Source of the DNA: Candidatus Hydrogenedentota bacterium | Lineage (GTDB): Bacteria > Hydrogenedentota > Hydrogenedentia > Hydrogenedentales > JAEUWI01 | Length of the DNA: 44,018 bases | NCBI GenBank assembly: GCA_034669905.1 | Contig: JAXMOL010000061.1 | Span: 1 to 44,018, forward strand | Reading direction: 5' to 3' | Shown: positions 1 to 9,870 of the stretch, piece after piece | Numbering within the stretch: position 1 is the stretch's first letter | Layout of the letters: the number at the start of each line of letters is the position of its first letter | Notes under the pieces: model-generated | Told to the model about the DNA's origin: nothing | Database searches by the model: none | The model's input: only the letters and a program-made list of their open reading frames with translations | Position numbers and translations under genes: made by a program

Positions 1-112
1 GGACTGCACCGACACTACCCGCGCAAATATTACCATGGCACTGCGTGGCCAACCCGCTTCCGTTGACAAACGACAGGGCAATCGGAAGTCGGGGCTGTCC
101 CCCTCCCCAAGT

Positions 113-1636
113 TTACTCGCCCGCACCGCTCACCTTCCCCGTCACCTGCTTTCCAGTAAACACGCCATAGGCACCTTGGCCCCAGGTCAATTCACCGAGC
201 GCACCGACGGCAATACCATCCAGCTTCGCCGTACCGAGTTCCGTCCCATCCTGAGTAATACGGAGGCCGTCGTCTTTGATGGCGAAGTGCAGCTCCGTCG
301 GCCCATCGGTCCATTTCACGGGCACACTGAGGTGTCCGGGCACCCGAACGTGGGTGATGGTGCCGTACTCTTTCCAGGCTTCCTCGCCCACATAGCCAAA
401 CTTGGGCTCCCATTCACACTGCCATTTGGCGGAGGTGGAGATAAAGAGGGAATCGTTGTGGGGTACCATGCTGGTGACGCGCTGGCCCCATTGGTTCGCC
501 ACACCGCCCAGGGCCGCCGTTTCCGTTTCGTAGGGATGGACCGTGGCCGTGGTGGGTTCGGGATGGGAGAAGACCCGTTGCGCGAGGTCCCACGTGCCTT
601 GGTCGGGCTGATAACGCCAGACCTCGCCCCAGGGCCACACGCCCACGTAAAGTTCACCGCCATAGATCACGATGGTCTGGGCTTCCCGTGCGGAGCCACT
701 GACGCCGTCCATCACGGGCGGCCATCCCGGAAGCTGTTTTACCGTCTCGCCATCAAAGGAAAAAAGTTCGCCCGAGGGGTATTGTCCGAGAAGGAGCTGG
801 TCGTAGTAGGTGAAGCCCGCATAGACCTGGTAACTGGTCTTCATGCTGCCATCTACGAGGGTGCGCCATTGGCCATCGCGGAGGGCATAGACCCCGCCGA
901 TATTGGAACAGGAGATGACCTGATTACCGAGTTGTCCGAAGGCATAGGGAAACTCACCGACGACGGGCACCGTCTCTACGACAGCCTTGCTCACATCAAC
1001 GGCGCCGTCACCGGGTTTCCAGGGGCATGCGAGTAACTTGGAATAGCCTTCCTCATCGGTCGTGTAATCGCGGTAGCCCGTGTCGCCGGGACGATAGATG
1101 TGATAGAAGACAAGATAGCCGTGGGCATAGTAAAAACCGGTGTAATTGCCCTGTGCCGGTGCCTCGAGGACGGTCTCACCGTCCAACACCACCTTGCTGC
1201 CTTCGAAGGACAAGAGGTGTTTGCCCACCCGCGTGTCTACTCGGCTCCGCGTGGGGCTGGGCTTCCAGGCGACGTCACCCTCATTCCACATCCGCACATC
1301 GGGACTGGCGGAATAGACCTGCCCATCGAAGTTAAAGAGATAGGTGCCGGCAAGATCGTTGGGCCGTGACGTTCGGGTCACCTCCAGCGGACGGGTGCCC
1401 TCGGTGGGCCGCACAAAGAAATGGACGGTGTGGCGGTCATGTCGGTAATAGGTGTTATAGGCTCCAGAGAATCCGGCCCCCACCACGTACTTGCCGTCCG
1501 TCGTCTTTGCCTCAAAGAGGGAACCAAAGTTCTGCCCCACATCTTCGCCCCGCTCCAAGTTCACGACGATTTCACTATCCGCCACCGCCCCCATGGCAAC
1601 GAACAAGGCCATCATCAATACCATCACAATACGCAT
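113..1636 (-). CDS. Secreted hypothetical protein, probably beta-propeller/beta-rich
   Basis: 507-aa ORF with an N-terminal signal-like peptide (MRIVMVLMMALFVAMGAVA) and AAAGGA upstream; Trp/Gly/Tyr-rich repeats. Confidence 0.7.
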   Translation of the reverse strand: MRIVMVLMMALFVAMGAVADSEIVVNLERGEDVGQNFGSLFEAKTTDGKYVVGAGFSGAYNTYYRHDRHTVHFFVRPTEGTRPLEVTRTSRPNDLAGTYLFNFDGQVYSASPDVRMWNEGDVAWKPSPTRSRVDTRVGKHLLSFEGSKVVLDGETVLEAPAQGNYTGFYYAHGYLVFYHIYRPGDTGYRDYTTDEEGYSKLLACPWKPGDGAVDVSKAVVETVPVVGEFPYAFGQLGNQVISCSNIGGVYALRDGQWRTLVDGSMKTSYQVYAGFTYYDQLLLGQYPSGELFSFDGETVKQLPGWPPVMDGVSGSAREAQTIVIYGGELYVGVWPWGEVWRYQPDQGTWDLAQRVFSHPEPTTATVHPYETETAALGGVANQWGQRVTSMVPHNDSLFISTSAKWQCEWEPKFGYVGEEAWKEYGTITHVRVPGHLSVPVKWTDGPTELHFAIKDDGLRITQDGTELGTAKLDGIAVGALGELTWGQGAYGVFTGKQVTGKVSGAGE

Positions 1637-1819
1637 GTTTGGGTCCTTTCTACGCGACTCCTGAAGTTACCAAGAATAGCCTATCGCCGGCTCCGATTCC
1701 TACTGGAACGGGCTGGCCCCATGGGCGAGGCGTAGTGATGCACGGGCGGACCACGAAGACCTTGAAGCGAGGCAACAGTGCGTGACATGCTCTTTGAATT
1801 ACTACAAGGAGTCTTTGGC

Positions 1820-3142
1820 ATGTTCATCAGAAGTCGAATCGGTATGGCATTCTTGCTGCTCACGGGTTTTCTCGCCGCTGCAGGGGGACAGATTGGCGCG
1901 GAAACGGCACACCTGGATAGTCCGGCAGACTGGCCCGAGTTTCGCGGGCCGACGGGCAACGGTCTGGTCGACACCTCGGAACGGGGCGCTTTGCCCATCC
2001 TGTGGAGTGAGACCGAGCATATAACGTGGAAAACCGAAATCCCCCACGTCGGCTGGTCAACGCCCGTCGTGGCGGGCAATGACATTTGGCTGACCACGGC
2101 CACTGAAGAAGGCTCTGACTTCTATGCGCTTTGTGTCGACGCGACAACAGGGGCAATCCGGATTAATGAAAGAGTTTTTCATAGTGACAATCCCGAGCCG
2201 CTTGGCAACAATGTGAACTGTTATGCGTCGCCGTCACCCGCCGTGGAGGCTGGAAAGGTCTACGTGCATTTTGGGAGCTACGGCACCGCGTGTCTTGATT
2301 CGGCGTCTGGAGAAACGCTCTGGGCACGAGAAGATCTCCGTTGTCGGCACTACCGTGGTCCTGGATCGTCGGTAATCCTCTTCGAAAACCTGCTCATACT
2401 CACCTTCGATGGCGTCGATGTCCAGTATGTGGTTGCCCTGGACAAAAACACCGGCGACACCGTTTGGAAGACGGACCGCACAACCGAGTGGCACGATCTC
2501 GATGAGCAGGGCCTGCCAAAACGGGAAGGGGATTTTCGCAAGGCCTACAGTACGCCCCTGGTCTTCGAGGTGGATGGTAAGCCCGAGATGATAAGTGTCG
2601 GTTCCTCCACCGCCTTTGCCTACGATCCCCGCACCGGCAAGGAGCTCTGGAAGGTCCGAATCCCGGGTTATACGCCCTCAGCCCGGCCGGTAGTTGGCAA
2701 CGAACTGGTCTATTTCTTGTCTGGGCGCGGCGAACCCGAGCTCACGGCCTATCGACCGGGTAGCGCGGGAGATGTAACTGAATCGGGGCTGGCCTGGAAA
2801 TTCGCCGGGAGAGACGTCCCCCTGGAATCCTCGCCCATACTGGTAGACGACCTTCTCTACATGGTCAGTAGTGCGGGTACCGCCCTTTGTCTCGATGGGA
2901 AAACGGGGACGCCGATTTGGCGTGAGCGCATTGGGGGCAACTACGTCGCGTCGCCCATCTATGCGAACGGAAACCTGTACTTTTGCAGCGTGCAAGGTAA
3001 GACGACGGTGCTGAAGGCAGGGCGCACCGTTGAGGTGGTGGCATCCAACAAACTCGAAGCGGGCTTCATGGCGTCGCCTGCGGTCGCGGACGATGCCCTG
3101 ATACTGCGGACAAAAACACACCTCTATCGCATAGAAAACTGA
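1820..3142 (+). CDS. PQQ-binding-like beta-propeller repeat protein (BamB-like)
   Basis: WPEFRGP, GWSTPVV, ASPSP, TGxxxW repeats and C-terminal ASPAV..LILRT; AAGGAG before ATG 1820. Confidence 0.85.
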   Translation: MFIRSRIGMAFLLLTGFLAAAGGQIGAETAHLDSPADWPEFRGPTGNGLVDTSERGALPILWSETEHITWKTEIPHVGWSTPVVAGNDIWLTTATEEGSDFYALCVDATTGAIRINERVFHSDNPEPLGNNVNCYASPSPAVEAGKVYVHFGSYGTACLDSASGETLWAREDLRCRHYRGPGSSVILFENLLILTFDGVDVQYVVALDKNTGDTVWKTDRTTEWHDLDEQGLPKREGDFRKAYSTPLVFEVDGKPEMISVGSSTAFAYDPRTGKELWKVRIPGYTPSARPVVGNELVYFLSGRGEPELTAYRPGSAGDVTESGLAWKFAGRDVPLESSPILVDDLLYMVSSAGTALCLDGKTGTPIWRERIGGNYVASPIYANGNLYFCSVQGKTTVLKAGRTVEVVASNKLEAGFMASPAVADDALILRTKTHLYRIEN

Positions 3143-3296
3143 CCGCAATCCTTGAAGAATCGTGCAAATTGGATATCCAAGCGTCCAGACGCGGATGTCT
3201 GCTGGACGCCGCACGGTAAAGACGATTCGTGGATCACGATTGGAGTATACTTTCCAATCGTGACCGTTTTTTGTACTGCAACGTGAATAGAGAAAT

Positions 3297-3935
3297 TTGT
3301 TGAACCAGAAAGATACCCATCAAGACGACCTTCCCGCCCGGGAAACGCCGTCGTCGCTCGATCCATCGACCTGGGTTGACCTCCATGGCGACGTACTCTA
3401 TCGATACGCGCTGGCCCGTGTGCGACGGCCTGACGTCGCGGAGGACCTCGTTCAGGAAACGTTTTTATCTGCCTTAAAGTCCAAAGATAGATTTCAGGGG
3501 CGCTCCACGGAGCGTACCTGGCTTACGGGAATATTGCGGCACAAGGTACTTGACCATTATCGATCACGCAGCCGGGGCATACCTGAAGCCGACACCATAA
3601 GTCACGAAGACTGGCTCGGCGAACTGTTTGACGATAAAGGAAACTGGATCAAGCGGCCCGATCCGCAGGTGATTCAGCCGGAGTCTCTCTTGGAGCGGGA
3701 GGAATTCTGGGCCGTCTTCCAAGGCTGTATCGAGCAAATGTCGGAACGGGCGAGGAATGCCTTTGTGCTTCGTGTCGTCGAAAGTGAAGATGTGGAGACG
3801 ATTTGTAAGACCTTGGAAATTTCCGCGACCAACCTGTATGTGATCTTATTCCGGGCACGGACACAAATGCGGCATTGCCTGACGCTCAAATGGTTTCGGG
3901 CACACGATATAGATCCCCCATCCCCAAAAGGTTAG
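3297..3935 (+). CDS. ECF-type RNA polymerase sigma-70 factor
   Basis: AEDLVQETF and RTWLTGILRHK (region 2); ICKTLEISATNLYVILFRAR (region 4); start codon uncertain (TTG). Confidence 0.9.
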   Translation: MLNQKDTHQDDLPARETPSSLDPSTWVDLHGDVLYRYALARVRRPDVAEDLVQETFLSALKSKDRFQGRSTERTWLTGILRHKVLDHYRSRSRGIPEADTISHEDWLGELFDDKGNWIKRPDPQVIQPESLLEREEFWAVFQGCIEQMSERARNAFVLRVVESEDVETICKTLEISATNLYVILFRARTQMRHCLTLKWFRAHDIDPPSPKG

Positions 3936-3950
3936 CCTGTGTTGAGAACA

Positions 3951-4232
3951 ATGATGATAAACTGCAAGCGCGCTGCGGAGTTGTCCTGTGCCAAATTGGA
4001 CCGCCCCCTGACTATTGGGGAAACGATGCAGTTGCGTTTCCATATCTTCATGTGCCGGGCCTGCAAGGGCTTTCAACTACAAAATGAAGCACTGCTACGT
4101 CTGTTTGAACAGCGCTTTCAAGAGCCGCGTGATGGCGCAGACAGCCACCTTCCGGAACTGCCGGAGGACGCCTGTGAACGGCTGAAGCAGTTGCTGCGTG
4201 ACGCATCGTCCGAATCCGGTTCGCCCGAGTAG
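3951..4232 (+). CDS. zf-HC2 zinc-binding anti-sigma factor (soluble)
   Basis: N-terminal NC plus HIFMCRAC (HxxxCxxC) motif, directly downstream of the ECF sigma; no TM segment visible. Confidence 0.85.
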   Translation: MMINCKRAAELSCAKLDRPLTIGETMQLRFHIFMCRACKGFQLQNEALLRLFEQRFQEPRDGADSHLPELPEDACERLKQLLRDASSESGSPE

Positions 4233-4246
4233 CATGCCCGCCTCTT

Positions 4247-4275
4247 TGTAAGAATTCCCGTTTCGATACGACTCA
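4247..4275 (+). promoter_or_regulatory. Putative ECF promoter copy 1 (TGTAAGAA-N13-ACGACTCA)
   Basis: Bipartite motif upstream of the DoxX-like gene; recurs at 5002, 10906 and 19172. Confidence 0.75.
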
Positions 4276-4429
4276 CTCTCCAGATACACCATCGCGGGGG
4301 CATTGTACCCCGCGCACGGTATGTCGCGCAAGCGGAAGGTAAATGGTGCCATTCGGCTACACTGTGGCCTCCTTTCTGCTCGTGGCTGAAGAGCACCTTA
4401 CCGTCCCCTCAATCAAACGGAGAACCCCC

Positions 4430-4897
4430 ATGGAAACAATCGATCGTAAAGGTATGACGACATTCTCACAATTGCAAACCCGGGTCGCACAGTCGCTGTT
4501 ATTGCTCCGCCTGGGTGTTTTTCTGGTCATGCTCATGTGGACATTGGATAAACTAATTAATCCAGCGCATTCCGCGAAGGTGTTTGAGGGGTTCTATGCG
4601 ATTGGTGGCGTGGGCCATGGCCTCTTGATGGCACTCGGCATACTGGAACTGGTTTTGCTCTTGCTGTTTCTGGGGGGAATCTGGCGCCGTTTCAGTTACG
4701 GCTCGGTACTGCTATTGCATGCCATCTCAACGGTTGCCTCATTTGGAAAGTATCTCGACCCCTTTAACAACCTGTTGTTTTTTGCTGCCTGGCCCATGTT
4801 GGCGGCCTGCATAACCCTATATTGGTTACGCGACTGGGATACGTTGGGCGTGCTTGGTCGGCGAGGCCCCACCGAAACGGACCGCGCAGCGCAATAA
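4430..4897 (+). CDS. DoxX-like membrane protein
   Basis: LLLLRLGVFLVMLMWTLDKL, ~4 TM segments, GILELV; GGAG before ATG 4430. Confidence 0.7.
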   Translation: METIDRKGMTTFSQLQTRVAQSLLLLRLGVFLVMLMWTLDKLINPAHSAKVFEGFYAIGGVGHGLLMALGILELVLLLLFLGGIWRRFSYGSVLLLHAISTVASFGKYLDPFNNLLFFAAWPMLAACITLYWLRDWDTLGVLGRRGPTETDRAAQ

Positions 4898-5001
4898 CGA
4901 TAGCCTCTGCGGTCTACACACAACCGACAGGAGTCATTGGGCTTAGATGCGCTCAGTCCCATCGCCGCTCAGCCGTAGCAATCGTATGATTTTCGAATTC
5001 C

Positions 5002-5030
5002 TGTAAGAACTTCCCAATCCGAACGACTCA
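5002..5030 (+). promoter_or_regulatory. Putative ECF promoter copy 2 (TGTAAGAA-N13-ACGACTCA)
   Basis: Exact bipartite motif upstream of the DUF3179-arsM-pst unit. Confidence 0.75.
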
Positions 5031-5105
5031 CCTTTGAGACGCCCCACTACAACGGCAGGGCGAGGAATTGCCGTCTTGGACGGCATGACGTGAAGGAGCT
5101 TGGAA

Positions 5106-6134
5106 ATGCGTTCCGATACCAGGAAGAAATATGTCGCCCTGCTTGTCATCCTTCTATCGGGCCTGGCCCTGTATGTCAACTGGGAGCAGATTGCGCCGCT
5201 GTTTTCGTTTAGAGGGGCTGAAGGGGATAGCGCAAGCCCGGGTGACCGCGGCAAGGCCGCCGCGCTGGGTCTGTTTAATACGTCACACCTGACCGTACCC
5301 GTCGGGGAGATACATAGTGGTGGGCCCGGTAAAGACGGCATCCCATCTCTCAGCCACCCCGAAACCGTGGGCGTTGCTGAGATGGCGTTGCTCGCTCCGG
5401 AAGACCGCGTGGTCGGGGTGGAATTCGATGGGCAATCTCGGGCCTATCCCATTCGCCTGCTGAACTGGCACGAACTCATTAATGACCAGGTAGGCGATAC
5501 GCCGGTGGCCATTGTCTATTGTCCCCTCTGCGACTCGGTATCCGCGTTGGACCGGCGCATCGACAATCGAACGCTGGACTTCGGGATAAGCGGTCTGCTT
5601 CACAACTCAAACGTGTTGTTCTACGACCGCAGCGACAACGCGCTCTGGTCCCAGGTCAGCCTGGAGGCCATTAGCGGTCCACTCGCCGGACGATCCCTCC
5701 GTCATCTGCCCTTCTCCCTCACGACCTTCGCGGCGTGGCGCGAGACCCATCCAGACAGCACGGTAGCGACCTTCGAAACGGATCACCCCCGCGACTATGA
5801 ACGAAACCCCTATGCCCGCTATTTCGAGAGCGATGAACTCATGTTCCCCGTGAAGGGGACCGACCAGTCGCCGTTTCGAAACAAGGAACCGGTAGTGGGC
5901 GTTCGCAACGGGAACGAAGCACGGGCCTATCCGGTTTCCACCATCTCCGACACCGCCTCTGGGCAGGTTGAAGATACCCTTGGGGGTGAAAAGGTCATTC
6001 TGGAAGCCCGGAAAACCGGCACGCACGTTCAAGTCATTTCAGTTCCCGAAGGCGCGCAGGTGGTGCACACCTTCTGGTTCGCCTGGAAGGCATTCCACCC
6101 GGATACGACGATATACACACCCGAGTCAAATTAA
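5106..6134 (+). CDS. DUF3179 family protein with N-terminal membrane anchor
   Basis: SGGPGKDGIP, RAYP..LNWHELIND, YCPLC, FGISGLL.NSN, FWFAWKAFHP; AAGGAG upstream. Confidence 0.85.
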   Translation: MRSDTRKKYVALLVILLSGLALYVNWEQIAPLFSFRGAEGDSASPGDRGKAAALGLFNTSHLTVPVGEIHSGGPGKDGIPSLSHPETVGVAEMALLAPEDRVVGVEFDGQSRAYPIRLLNWHELINDQVGDTPVAIVYCPLCDSVSALDRRIDNRTLDFGISGLLHNSNVLFYDRSDNALWSQVSLEAISGPLAGRSLRHLPFSLTTFAAWRETHPDSTVATFETDHPRDYERNPYARYFESDELMFPVKGTDQSPFRNKEPVVGVRNGNEARAYPVSTISDTASGQVEDTLGGEKVILEARKTGTHVQVISVPEGAQVVHTFWFAWKAFHPDTTIYTPESN

Positions 6135-6148
6135 TAAAGGAAACCCCA

Positions 6149-7201
6149 ATGCCCCTGCAATCGACCACGCTGGACGATGTCAAAGAATATTACGGCACGA
6201 TACTGCAAAGCTCCGCCGACCTGAAAACCAACGCCTGCTGCAGCATTGATAGCGGCCTGTCGCCGCGGATCAAGAAAATCATGGGAGAAATCAACGACGA
6301 GGTCCTCAGCCGCTTCTATGGCTGTGGTTCCCCCCTGCCGCCTCTGCTGGAGGGGCTTACCGTCCTGGATTTGGGATGCGGCAGCGGGCGGGACGCCTTT
6401 GTCGCCTCCCGGCTTGTTGGTCCCTTGGGAACCGTCATCGGCGTAGATATGACCGAGGAGCAACTCGATGTGGCCCGGCGAAATGTGCCATCGCAAATGG
6501 AACGCTTCGAATATACACGGTCCAACGTCGAATTCCTGCATGGGTATATGGAAGACCTGGCATCCCTGGGGATCAAGGACAATTCGATAGACGTGGTCAT
6601 TTCCAACTGTGTTCTCAATCTCTCTCCGGAAAAAGAGGCCGTGTTCTCGGAAATCATCCGCGTCTTAAAGCCGGGCGGAGAGTTGTACTTTTCGGACGTC
6701 TTCTCCGGGTGCCGGGTGCCGGAGGAATTGCAGCGCGATCCCATACTGCATGGCGAATGTCTGTCGGGAGCGCTCTACCGGGAAGACTTCCGCCGGATGC
6801 TGCGCCGGACGGGCTGCCTCGACTACCGGGAATGCGCCAGTCGCCGGATCACCATCGACTCACCGGAAATCGAAGCAAGGATCGGGATGATCGACTTCTA
6901 CTCGGTCACGGTACGGGCCTTTAAGCTTCCCGAACTCGAGGACCTCTGCGAAGACTACGGTCAAATCGCCACGTACCGGGGCGGAATTCCCGACTGTCCA
7001 CACCACTTTGATCTGGACGATCACCATCGTTTCCTTAAAGATAAGCCGATGCTGGTATGTGGCAACACGGCCGCCATGCTCGAAGAGACCCGCTATGGGG
7101 CCTACTTCGACGTCCAGGGAGACCGCTCCCGCCATTTCGGCCCGTTTGACTGCACGCCAGACGGGAACACGTCTGTGGAGCACGGCGGCACGTGCTGCTG
7201 A
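6149..7201 (+). CDS. arsM: Arsenite S-adenosylmethionine methyltransferase (ArsM/AS3MT-like)
   Basis: DLKTNACC, FYGCGSP, VLDLGCGSGRD, SNCVLNL, GECLSGALY; C-terminal CC. Confidence 0.85.
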   Translation: MPLQSTTLDDVKEYYGTILQSSADLKTNACCSIDSGLSPRIKKIMGEINDEVLSRFYGCGSPLPPLLEGLTVLDLGCGSGRDAFVASRLVGPLGTVIGVDMTEEQLDVARRNVPSQMERFEYTRSNVEFLHGYMEDLASLGIKDNSIDVVISNCVLNLSPEKEAVFSEIIRVLKPGGELYFSDVFSGCRVPEELQRDPILHGECLSGALYREDFRRMLRRTGCLDYRECASRRITIDSPEIEARIGMIDFYSVTVRAFKLPELEDLCEDYGQIATYRGGIPDCPHHFDLDDHHRFLKDKPMLVCGNTAAMLEETRYGAYFDVQGDRSRHFGPFDCTPDGNTSVEHGGTCC

Positions 7202-7252
7202 TCACGTGGAGCGTTGGTGGTGCCCTCTAACTCATTGGAGAAGGACCAGAAA

Positions 7253-8107
7253 ATGTTTGATGGAAGTCGTCGTAGAGCGGGCTTAGCCACGGTACTTTTA
7301 ATCCTTGCGGTACTCTCCGGGTGCGGGCAGCCTTCATCCGAAACGCCTGGCCAGGGGACCGGCGAAGCAGGCAAGCTGATACTGACTGGATCCAGCACCG
7401 TCGCGCCGCTGGCGCAAGAAATTGGACAGCGCTTTGAGGTGGCCCATCCCGGCGTTCGCGTGGACGTTCAAACCGGCGGGTCGTCCCGTGGAATCGCCGA
7501 CGCACGCGCGGGAACCGCCACCATCGGCCTGGTCTCGCGACCGTTGAAAGCCGATGAAACGGATTTGACGGCCCACACGATCGCCTTCGACGGTATAGGT
7601 GTGATCCTCCACGCCACCAACCCGATTGATTCGCTCAGTGACGAACAGGTGCGCTCGATCTATCGCGGTGAAACCTCACGATGGAGCGGGGTCGGTGGCA
7701 ACGATGCTGCCATCACCGTAGTCAACAAGGCAGAGGGCCGTTCGACGCTGGAATTGTTCCTGGCCCACTACGGACTCCGGAGCGACGAAATCCAAGCGTC
7801 CGTGGTCATCGGGGATAATGAACAGGGAATCAAGGCCGTATCCACCAATCCCGACGCGATTGGGTATGTAAGTGTCGGCGCTGGGGAATTCGCCGCCCTG
7901 GATGGGGTCCCGATCAAGTTGCTGCCACTCGGGGACGTAACGCCTTCCACGGAAAATATCAAGCGTGGCGTGTATCCGCTGTCCCGCCCGTTGAACCTGG
8001 TCACGAAAGGCGCGCCGGATGACATGGCCCGCCAGTTTATCGACTTCGCCCAGTCCACTTCGGTGAACGACCTGATCACCGGACTTTACTATGTTCCGCT
8101 TACGTAG
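7253..8107 (+). CDS. pstS: Phosphate-type ABC transporter substrate-binding lipoprotein (divergent PstS)
   Basis: Lipobox LSGC, GSSTV, GGSSRG, AIGYVS, YPLSRPL. Confidence 0.85.
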   Translation: MFDGSRRRAGLATVLLILAVLSGCGQPSSETPGQGTGEAGKLILTGSSTVAPLAQEIGQRFEVAHPGVRVDVQTGGSSRGIADARAGTATIGLVSRPLKADETDLTAHTIAFDGIGVILHATNPIDSLSDEQVRSIYRGETSRWSGVGGNDAAITVVNKAEGRSTLELFLAHYGLRSDEIQASVVIGDNEQGIKAVSTNPDAIGYVSVGAGEFAALDGVPIKLLPLGDVTPSTENIKRGVYPLSRPLNLVTKGAPDDMARQFIDFAQSTSVNDLITGLYYVPLT

Positions 8108-8990
8108 GCCCGAGCGTTTGAAAAACAGCGCGCCCGGTTGGAAGGATTTTCTGCTGGCCGGAGGGCTGCGGCTCGGTGCCGTGGCGAGTGGCTCCATTGT
8201 GCTGCTGGTAGGTGCCCTCTTGTTTCGAGAATCGCTGCCGGCATTGGGCTCCGTAGGTTCCGACTTTTTATCGGATCGTAGCTGGCATCCCGCGCCCCTT
8301 TCGAAAGACGGGACGTTCGGACTGTTGCCCATGGCCGCCGGTACGCTCGCGGTTACCATGGGGGCCATCGCCCTGGCGGCACCGTTCGGTGTCATGTCCG
8401 CCGTCGTATGCCACGACTACGTTCCCCCGTGGCTGGGAATCCTGTACAAGCGCATGATCGAACTTATGGCGGGCGTTCCATCGGTGGTTTACGGACTCTG
8501 GGGAATGACGGTGCTGGCTCCTATGATTCTGGCGTGGCGCGCACCCGGGGTGAGTCTGCTGGCGGGCATTATCGTTCTGGCGTTGATGGTGCTCCCTACG
8601 GTGGCGCTACTTTCCGAATCTGCCCTGGCGGGCGTTCCTGAAGAATACGCACGGGGTGCCCGGGCGCTGGGGATGACGCGTGCTCGTATTCTCTGGGGCG
8701 TCTCCATGCCAGCGGCGCGCTCGGGAATCGTTACGGGCGTCATTCTGGCCATTGGTCGGGCCCTTGGTGAGACCATGGCAGTGCTGATGGTCACCGGCAA
8801 CGTCGTACAGTTCCCGTCCAGTCTGCTCGATCCGATTCGCGCACTTACGTCCAATATTGCGCTGGAAATGGCCTATGCCATGGGCGATCACCGGTCCGCG
8901 CTCTTCGTATGCGGACTTGTCCTCACGGCGATGGTTGCGCTACTGGTCGTTGCGGCGGAAGTATTGAGTAAGGGGAATACCCATGCGTAA
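8091..8990 (+). CDS. pstC: Phosphate-type ABC transporter permease PstC
   Basis: ELMAGVPSVVYGLWG, GRALGETMAVLMVTGN; exact start uncertain. Confidence 0.88.
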   Translation: MFRLRRPERLKNSAPGWKDFLLAGGLRLGAVASGSIVLLVGALLFRESLPALGSVGSDFLSDRSWHPAPLSKDGTFGLLPMAAGTLAVTMGAIALAAPFGVMSAVVCHDYVPPWLGILYKRMIELMAGVPSVVYGLWGMTVLAPMILAWRAPGVSLLAGIIVLALMVLPTVALLSESALAGVPEEYARGARALGMTRARILWGVSMPAARSGIVTGVILAIGRALGETMAVLMVTGNVVQFPSSLLDPIRALTSNIALEMAYAMGDHRSALFVCGLVLTAMVALLVVAAEVLSKGNTHA

Positions 8991-9870
8991 GACGGGCCGG
9001 CCCTCCCCCACCCTCCACGCACCGTCGACACGCGACTGGCTGGAGTCCCTGACCTGGTTGGTCGTCTGGGGCACCGTAGTTGTCGTTGGGGGCACCTTTC
9101 TCTGGATCGTATCGGATGTCGTCTGGCGCGGGATGCCGGGCATCGGCTGGGATTTCCTGATAGCGGCCGTGCAGCGCTCGGGGCGGGAAGGCGGAATCGG
9201 CCCAATCCTGGTTTCAACTGGACTTGTGTTGGCCGTCTGTCTCGCGGTCGCCGTGCCGCTTGGGCTTCCGGCGGCGATCCTGCTCTCCGAATACTCGGCG
9301 GAAGCCAACCCCCTCGCCGCCTGGGTGCGGCGCGCCCTCGATGTATTGGCCGGCGTGCCCTCCATCGTTTTCGGCCTATTCGGCAATGCGTTCTTCTGCA
9401 TCTATCTCGGCATGGGATTTTCCATTCTCTCGGGCGGACTGACGCTGGCCTGCATGGTCTTGCCAATCTTTATCCGAAGCGCTGCGGAGGGCTTTCGATC
9501 GGTGCCGGACCACTACCGCCTGGCGGGTCTGGCACTCGGAATGTCCCGCGCGCGGCTCTTGTTCCAAATCCAGTTGCCCGCTGCCCTGCCGGGCCTCGCC
9601 GTCGGCCTGATACTGGGTACGGGTCGTGCGCTCGCCGAGACCGCCGCGTTGATTTTTACCAGTGGCTACGTCACACGAATGCCTTCGTCATTGGGGGATT
9701 CTGGCCGCACGCTCTCGGTACATATTTACGACCTGGCAATGAATGTGCCCGGTGGTGGGACCAATGCCTACGCCACCGCACTCGTGCTGGTTGTGCTACT
9801 GGTGATTATCAATACGATCACCTACTGGATCGCGGAGCATGGACTACGCAAGAGGATTCTATCGGTATGA
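8983..9870 (+). CDS. pstA: Phosphate-type ABC transporter permease PstA
   Basis: LAGVPSIVFGLFG, GRALAETAALIFTSG, TLSVHIY. Confidence 0.88.
   Translation: MRKTGRPSPTLHAPSTRDWLESLTWLVVWGTVVVVGGTFLWIVSDVVWRGMPGIGWDFLIAAVQRSGREGGIGPILVSTGLVLAVCLAVAVPLGLPAAILLSEYSAEANPLAAWVRRALDVLAGVPSIVFGLFGNAFFCIYLGMGFSILSGGLTLACMVLPIFIRSAAEGFRSVPDHYRLAGLALGMSRARLLFQIQLPAALPGLAVGLILGTGRALAETAALIFTSGYVTRMPSSLGDSGRTLSVHIYDLAMNVPGGGTNAYATALVLVVLLVIINTITYWIAEHGLRKRILSV

Noticed and set aside
3215..3243. Weak promoter-like match GGTAAAGA-N13-ACGATTGG upstream of the sigma gene
   Set aside because: Too many mismatches to claim autoregulation without data
7199..7252. The arsM TGA stop follows CC and is in frame with the pstS ORF, suggesting possible selenocysteine read-through
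   Set aside because: Read-through would fuse a cytoplasmic enzyme to a lipoprotein; pstS has its own RBS and lipobox; a terminal CC is normal for ArsM; no convincing SECIS seen
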